The translations under genes were made by a program, and so were the position numbers. Below are positions 50,399 through 56,704 of a stretch of 56,704 bases of DNA, in pieces (within the stretch, counting starts at the first letter, position 1; each line of letters begins with the position of its first letter). Under the pieces are notes generated by a model, which had not been told where the DNA came from, ran no database searches, and was given only the letters and a program-made list of their open reading frames with translations. The stretch comes from Paraspadella gotoi (Eukaryota > Animalia > Chaetognatha), in assembly GCA_051294375.1 (NCBI GenBank), contig CM119270.1, forward strand, positions 17,711,443 to 17,768,146. The letters are read 5' to 3'.

Positions 50399-50590
50399 TC
50401 GTTGGTGGCAACGTTATTTTATGGAACCGGCGTCGTTGATGGCAACGTTCTTTTATGGAACCGGCGTCGTTGATGGCAACGTTCTTTGATGGCAACGCTC
50501 TTCGATGGCACCGGCGTCTGAGATGGCAACGTTCTTCGATGGCACCGGCGTCGTTGATGGCAACGTTCTTCGATGGCACCGGCGTCGCTT
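50399..50590. repeat. ~33-bp tandem repeat (ACCGGCGTCGTTGATGGCAACGTTCTTCGATGGC)
   Basis: Direct reading, about 5 units with variants. Confidence 0.85.
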
Positions 50591-50739
50591 CTCGATGTAA
50601 TTTACGAGGAGAGAAAAGGAAATGATGCCCTGATCCCACGTTATTAATTTTTCTCGACTAGTAGAGCGAAACGGTGGAACGATATTCCGTCTGTCTGTGA
50701 GTCTTTCTGTCTGCTTTTCTCTCTCTCTCTCTCTTCTCT

Positions 50740-50775
<36 letters not shown>

Positions 50776-50975
50776 CTCTCTCCTCTCTCTCTCATCTCTT
50801 CATTTGAAAAAAAGAAACCGCAAATGCTGTTATCACATTCTTTCGTTTCCCTTCCACTTTGACTTTTAAATTCTCGTTTATGAAACCGAAAAGCGGGAAA
50901 AATTTTCCGACGATTGTTTCTCGCATTTGAAATTCTTAGTTCTTCCTCGTCGAATTTCATTAGTTTATCAGTTTA

Positions 50976-51200
50976 TTCGTCTGCTTGATCATTTGAAAAT
51001 TCGTCTGCTCGATCAATTTAAAATTTAGCCACTCAGTCTTTTTAAAATTCCTTTGCTTATCTTTTTAAAAATTCCTTCTGCTCATTAATTTTAAAATTGA
51101 TCCGCTTCATCTTTTGAAAATTCGTCTGCTCGATCTTTTGAAAATTCGTCTGCTCAATCAAGAATGAAATTTCGTCTGCTCGATCCTTTGATTTTCTGCT
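50976..51200. repeat. ~24-bp degenerate tandem repeat (AAAATTCGTCTGCTCGATCTTTTG)
   Basis: Direct reading, about 9 units. Confidence 0.8.
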
Positions 51201-51601
51201 CCTTCGTTTTAGTCCTTGGATTTTTGTTGAGGTCAAGGATCAGAAAGGGAGATTGAGTTTGTGGGGTGAGCGGCAGGGTGAGGGAGGGTGAGGGAGGGTG
51301 GGTGAGGGTGGGGGAGAGATGAAAAGGAGAAAAAGAAGAAGCGCGAATCTGGTCAAGCTCTGTCAGGGATGTTATCACTATTCATTCTTGAGCCAAGAAT
51401 GCATGCACGTTTTTTTCCTGTAATAGGACCGCGTGTACGCCAGGGCACGACAGCTCCCGCGTGTAATATTCGCGCCCTCGCCATCTTTCCAATATTGAGG
51501 GATTAACTTGGATCAAAGAAAAACCTTTTTTTTTCGTGACATCGAGAGAATTCGACGGTTGGATCACATTCGTCAGATTTTTTGAGTCAGAAAACTCTTT
51601 T

Positions 51602-51632
<31 letters not shown>

Positions 51633-51690
51633 CTCTCTCCTTCTCTTAAAGTTAAGAAGATCTGTGTAAAGAATTTTTCTTTTTTTTTGA

Positions 51691-53566
51691 CGAGCGACAG
51701 CCAAAAGAAAAATAAAAGGAATTGTTTTCCCAATGTTTTTCGATGAGACGACGACGACGCACGAATACAAAGGACGAGGATCGACGACCAAGTGTTTCGC
51801 TTGGACTCCGACGATTTCGTTTGACTCCGATGGTCTACAGCGATAACTTTGCCACCATCTTTGCAACGGTTTGCACCATTCTGAAATTGGTCAAAGACTT
51901 TAAAAAACGATGAATATTTTTTTTCTTTTTATCAAACATGACGTTTAGACGGGTTCGAAACCAAACTTGTTTATACTTCACCCTCTAGTGATTTGCATTT
52001 TTGTTTCAACGACAAAAAAAGAAAATTAGGCCAAGAAATTTGAGTAAACGAAATGATCCATTGCGAAGCAGCACGCATCAAGTTGCAAGCTACGAGGTTG
52101 CCAATAAGGCACCAAGCAACGTATTCTCACAAACAGAATCCGAAACGAAAGGATGACAAGATTCGCCGCGCTTTGGCATCCAACTCCGTCCCATTTCGAT
52201 TTTAATGTAAAAGAGGAAGAGGGCCGTAGATTCGAAATAACAAAGTTCATTTGTTTGATTGTTCGTTTGTTAATATCTCTTTTTGTTGCTTCATTGTTTC
52301 GATATTCGTCATTGTTTTGTCTTTTGTTTCTCGTTTATTTTTTTTTCGATGCCTTAATTCGAAGATGTCGCTGTTCAACTGTTTTTTCGATTTCTAGAGA
52401 TTTTCCGATTTAAACGATTCGACCAAAATTCAAAAAAAGATTTCTTTCCTGTTCAATGGATTCATTTGTAAATGAAGAGAAACTTATTTATTTTATTTTT
52501 AAATAATGTTGTTCAACCTAATTCTTTTAATTTCCCGTTTCAATGAACTTTGCTCGAAAGGAGGATTTTTTTTTCCAAAACCTTGATTCGATGCAATCTA
52601 CTGAAATACGGTGGACGCGAAACCGTTAGAAACCCGGATGTGATTGACCGCGAGGTTTTAGATTTTCTTCGCGATAAAAATGGCGGAGGGAAAATCCGGA
52701 AAATTGGGGTAGGGGCCGGTTTCCACGGGGGAGTTGATAAGAGTGTGGTTTTAAAAAAAATGGAAACAAAGAGATGGCGGGGATCCTCAGCTAAATCTTT
52801 TGTCGGTATCTTAAATTTAGGGTTGTGGGATTAAGTTTGGGGATGGTAGGATTAATGGATTTGGGTTTGAGATTTATTAATCGATATTGGGTTAAGGTAT
52901 TAAGGATCGGGAGTTAGGAGGGATAAGTTGTGGGTTTAGCTGTTCGTGTTATAGCCTTAGTTTTTGGATATTTAGGTTGAAATTAAGTCAAGGGATCTTG
53001 GAAGAGTATGGAGGAAAAAAGATAAAGGAAAGGAAAAGGAAAGTAAAAGAGGAAAGGAAGAAGAAAGGAAAAAACAGAGAAAAGGAAAGAAAAGAAGCCT
53101 CAAAGGAAAGAGAAAAAAAGAAAAGGGAAGGGAAAGGGAATAGTAAAAAAAAAGAAAGAAAAAGGAAAAGAAACAAAAGGTAAATAAAGAAAAGAAGAAA
53201 AAAAGAAAAAAAAAAGCAAAGAACAATGCAAAGCCAGGGGAAGGAAAAGCATGTGGAAGAAGAATTTGCGAATATGCTTGAGTGTGAGGTTGAAGGGATG
53301 GCCCTGACTTCCCTTCCTCACCTTGTCACGTCAGCAATTTTTTTCTGACTACTCACCAGAGATAAGGAACGATAAAGAGAAAAAAGAGAAAGAAAGAAAG
53401 ACAATAAGAATGAAAAAAAGAAAGAAAAAAGAGGAAAGAAAAGGCAACGAAAGAGAGGAGAGCGAAACTCACCTCGCTCAGACACTTACCCTCAATTTCC
53501 GCGCGGGTTTCCGAGAAAGCGGGTTGGGGAAATTCAGTCTCTCTCTTCTCTCTCTCTCTCTCTCTC

Positions 53567-53633
<67 letters not shown>

Positions 53634-53657
53634 TTCTCTCTTTCTCTTCTCTCTTGT
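51691..53657 (+). repeat. Copy 2 of the ~1.9-kb duplication, insertion-rich (raw long-read-like)
   Basis: Frequent single-base insertions relative to copy 1; a 25-N gap follows at 54258-54282. Confidence 0.92.
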
Positions 53658-53987
53658 TTACCGTGACAGTTCACCTATGGGAATTCATTTTTAAAAAAAA
53701 TTTTTTTAATACAATAGTGCATACAAAATATTTACTGTTTGGAGAAAAAAACGTCACGTGTGATAAAAGAACAAATGTGAGGGTTAACAAGAGACGAGCA
53801 TGACCGAGAGAGACGAGAGACGATGAGACGATGAGAGAGAGACCGACGAGTAGATAACAGACGGAAGAGAGAGAGGAAGAGAGAGAGAGAAGAGATACTC
53901 CAGCAAAACAGCCTCAAGCGGAAACAAACTTTTGGTGGCTTTTATGCATTTAAATCAAACAAAGTTCTCTCTCTCTCTCTCTCTCGT

Positions 53988-54020
<33 letters not shown>

Positions 54021-54187
54021 CGTCTGAGCTGTCTGCCCTCCTTCCCACATAAATCTTTCTTTCTATTATCTCTTGTCCCTGACTGGCCTCTGCGCTCCGC
54101 CACCCCTTTATATCTCCTCATCTTTTCCGAGTGCATAAACTCAATTTGCGCTCGCTCTCCCTCTTTATTTCCTCTTTTCATTCTCCC

Positions 54188-54250
<63 letters not shown>

Positions 54251-55303
54251 ATTAAAGNNNNNNNNNNNNNNNNNNNNNNNNNCCAAAGTTGGCGCCGGAA
54301 GCCACACAACGCGCGACCTCAGGGGCGCCTTTTGTCGTCGTCGTCGTTGTTGTTGTTATTGTTATCCTGCTTCGTGCCTTTCAGCGTTGTTTGCGAGTTT
54401 TATTGTCGTTCTGGATTCGCCGCAGTCTGGAAAACAACAATAACCGACTCACTGTAGAGTCATTGCTGCACAATGTCACGCTGGGTCATTGTTGGTGGCA
54501 AAATCCAATCTCCGACTGACGAACGAGAAGTTGCAGTTAAACTCAGATGTTTTCGACCAGCTAGTTTCTGAATACATTGCGAAATGACTTTTATGTCTAT
54601 TTTACAAAATACATCTTTGACCGATTTATTTCCGATATTGAACTTTGTCTCCGACAGGCCCGATGTCACGATGAAAATACGAAACGATTGAAAAATGGCA
54701 AAATGGGGCAAAGTGTGAAAAAAACGGAGGAGATGTGATTCGTGAATAACTCACTGGCATCCGAATCTCATCACTTCATTCCGCTTTTTCCATCGAAATT
54801 CTTACTATTATTTTTTGTTACTCTTGTCAAAATTTCCAGTTTTATTTCGGTTTCAAAAAAAAAAGTGGATGAGAAAACTTTTACTCGACTTTAATTTAGC
54901 CGAATTTTTTCTTTTTTTTTTTCTTTTTTTTTCTCTTGACAGATTCCTTGTGATTTTCGACTTTGAAACGGAACATTTTCTTTCTTCGCGAAAGAAAAAA
55001 AATGGAAGTTTTTTTGACAAGTTTCTTTTTTAAGGTTTGAAGCGGAGAAACTTTGGAGGGAAATGAAAGGGGGATGTTGGATATTTTAAGTTTCCGTATG
55101 AAATTTAATTAAGTGGTTTCATATACATTTAACGTAATTCGCCTAGGCCTAGGCTAGGGTTCGAAAATTATTTTTGCGAGGTCTTTTGAAACGATTTTAA
55201 ATTATTTGCCCATGCCATGCCGTGCCATGCCATGCCATGGCCAACAAGAAAAAAAAGCTGGACCGACAGATCACAGAAAGACCGATATATTTGCCTCTTG
55301 AGT

Positions 55304-55412
<109 letters not shown>

Positions 55413-55622
55413 CAGCTCGATTTCCAAAATCTCGGGGTCGAGAGATACCAGTTCTCGCTCTCCCTTTCTGTTTATTTTCCCAATTTCATTCTCTCTCTCT
55501 CTCTCTCTCTCTGCAAACTGTATCGATACAGAATATCGAACCGAGCTTTTAAATTTTAATACAATACTTACTCATATAGTAAAATTAACTACACCGGCGC
55601 CTCTGACTTTTTTATTCTACTG

Positions 55623-55682
55623 TCTTAATATCTTAATATCTTAATATCTTAATATCTTAATATCTTAATATCTTAATATCTA
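55623..55682. repeat. (TCTTAATA)n 8-bp satellite
   Basis: Direct reading, about 7.5 units. Confidence 0.9.
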
Positions 55683-56704
55683 AGTTTTGTATTTTTTTAT
55701 CACTTTTATCAAAGTGAGAAAAAATTTCGATGAGAACAAGAAAAACTCTTCCCAATTTCGTCATACTTTATTTTCTCTTTGTCCTTGGAACATTTTCCTC
55801 TTTCTTTTTTCTTCTGCTTTCTTTTTTCTAATTCTTCTATCTCTTTTTCTTAATACTCTTTTTCTCTCCTAATCTTTTTTTTCCTCTATTCTCACTTCAA
55901 ATTCTTTTTTTTTTAAAAATGTCACGACAAATTAGAATATTTTTACGATTTTCGGTGTCAAAACGCCATTTTATCAGTAATCAGTTTCTGTCGTCATTTC
56001 AACCAGATTCTGTCATTACTTTTCTCATAACTTTTTTTTTTCAAATGGATTATCTTTCTCTTTTTGATTTTTAACAACCTTTTTACGGTTTTAATCTTAC
56101 TTGTCTCACTTCCCTTCACTTTCTGTCTTTATCTTCGTCTAATTCTTTCCTTTTCTTATTCCTTAATCCCTTCCTTCTCAATCCGAATTATCCCTCTTCC
56201 ATCTTCCCTCAGTTTCACTTTCTTAATTATCTTTCTCTCTTTATATTTTCTCTCATCCTTTCACCTTAACTCACGAGTTTATTCTTATCTCTTATTTTTT
56301 CCTATTTTTTTTTCCCAAAAATTTTCGTCACATTTCTCCCTTTTTTTTTCTTTCTTTTTATCCGAAGTTTCACATATTTCCACCCCCCCCGTTTTATTTT
56401 TAGATACACGTATATTCTTTTACCATCAACCTCTCATCTTCGTCTTCCTGTAAAAATCACGTGACCTCCATAGTCTCCCTTTTTTTTGCCTCTTTTTTTC
56501 ACTACATACTTTCTTCGTCCTCCTATCTCTTCTTTTTCTTTTCCTTTCTTTTTTCTTTTCTTTTTTCCTCCTTTCCTCCCTTTCCTTTTCTCCGTCCCCA
56601 CCGTCCTCCCCTTAAATTCCGATGCCACGGGGTCTTTAAACGCAGATTTTCGTGAGATGACCAAATGGAAAAGTTTTTTCTCCTCCGTCTCCTCTTCCTC
56701 CTCC

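Noticed and set aside
54460-54711. 83-aa non-repetitive minus-strand ORF
   Set aside because: Non-ATG start, no recognisable motif or splice signals; length is within chance expectation.

Overview
Eukaryotic (probably invertebrate) draft-assembly DNA, saturated with microsatellites ((AG)n, (AAAG)n, (GAC)n, (ATC)n) and with no visible CpG depletion. It contains 16 N-gaps, five of them exactly 25 N. Almost all ORFs in the track are translations of simple repeats or run through N. The dominant structure is a zig-zag fold-back over 2.5-21.5 kb. A ~6.3-kb unit runs forward (2745-9055), back (9055-10560), forward again (10560-14670) and back (14670-21485). Its copies differ by many 1-bp indels, except one apparently exact 2.6-kb inverted copy in which each copy ends at a 25-N gap. 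A second noisy 1.9-kb direct duplication lies at 47950-49826 / 51691-53657. Both are most simply long-read gap-filling or chimera artefacts, but a real palindrome cannot be excluded without reads. The only convincing coding sequence is a probable first coding exon, 27883-28216 (+), with a basic N-terminus, a Gly/Pro-rich tract and a phase-1 GTAAGA donor; the gene is not recognised. The sequence after it looks like a very large intron. It holds motif clusters (CCAAT arrays, TGACCTT triplet, TCF/Hox-like sites), a TA-flanked MITE-like element with dispersed relatives, a DINE-1/Helentron-like non-autonomous element and several minisatellites. I found no prokaryotic-type system, RNA gene or CRISPR array that I can support.
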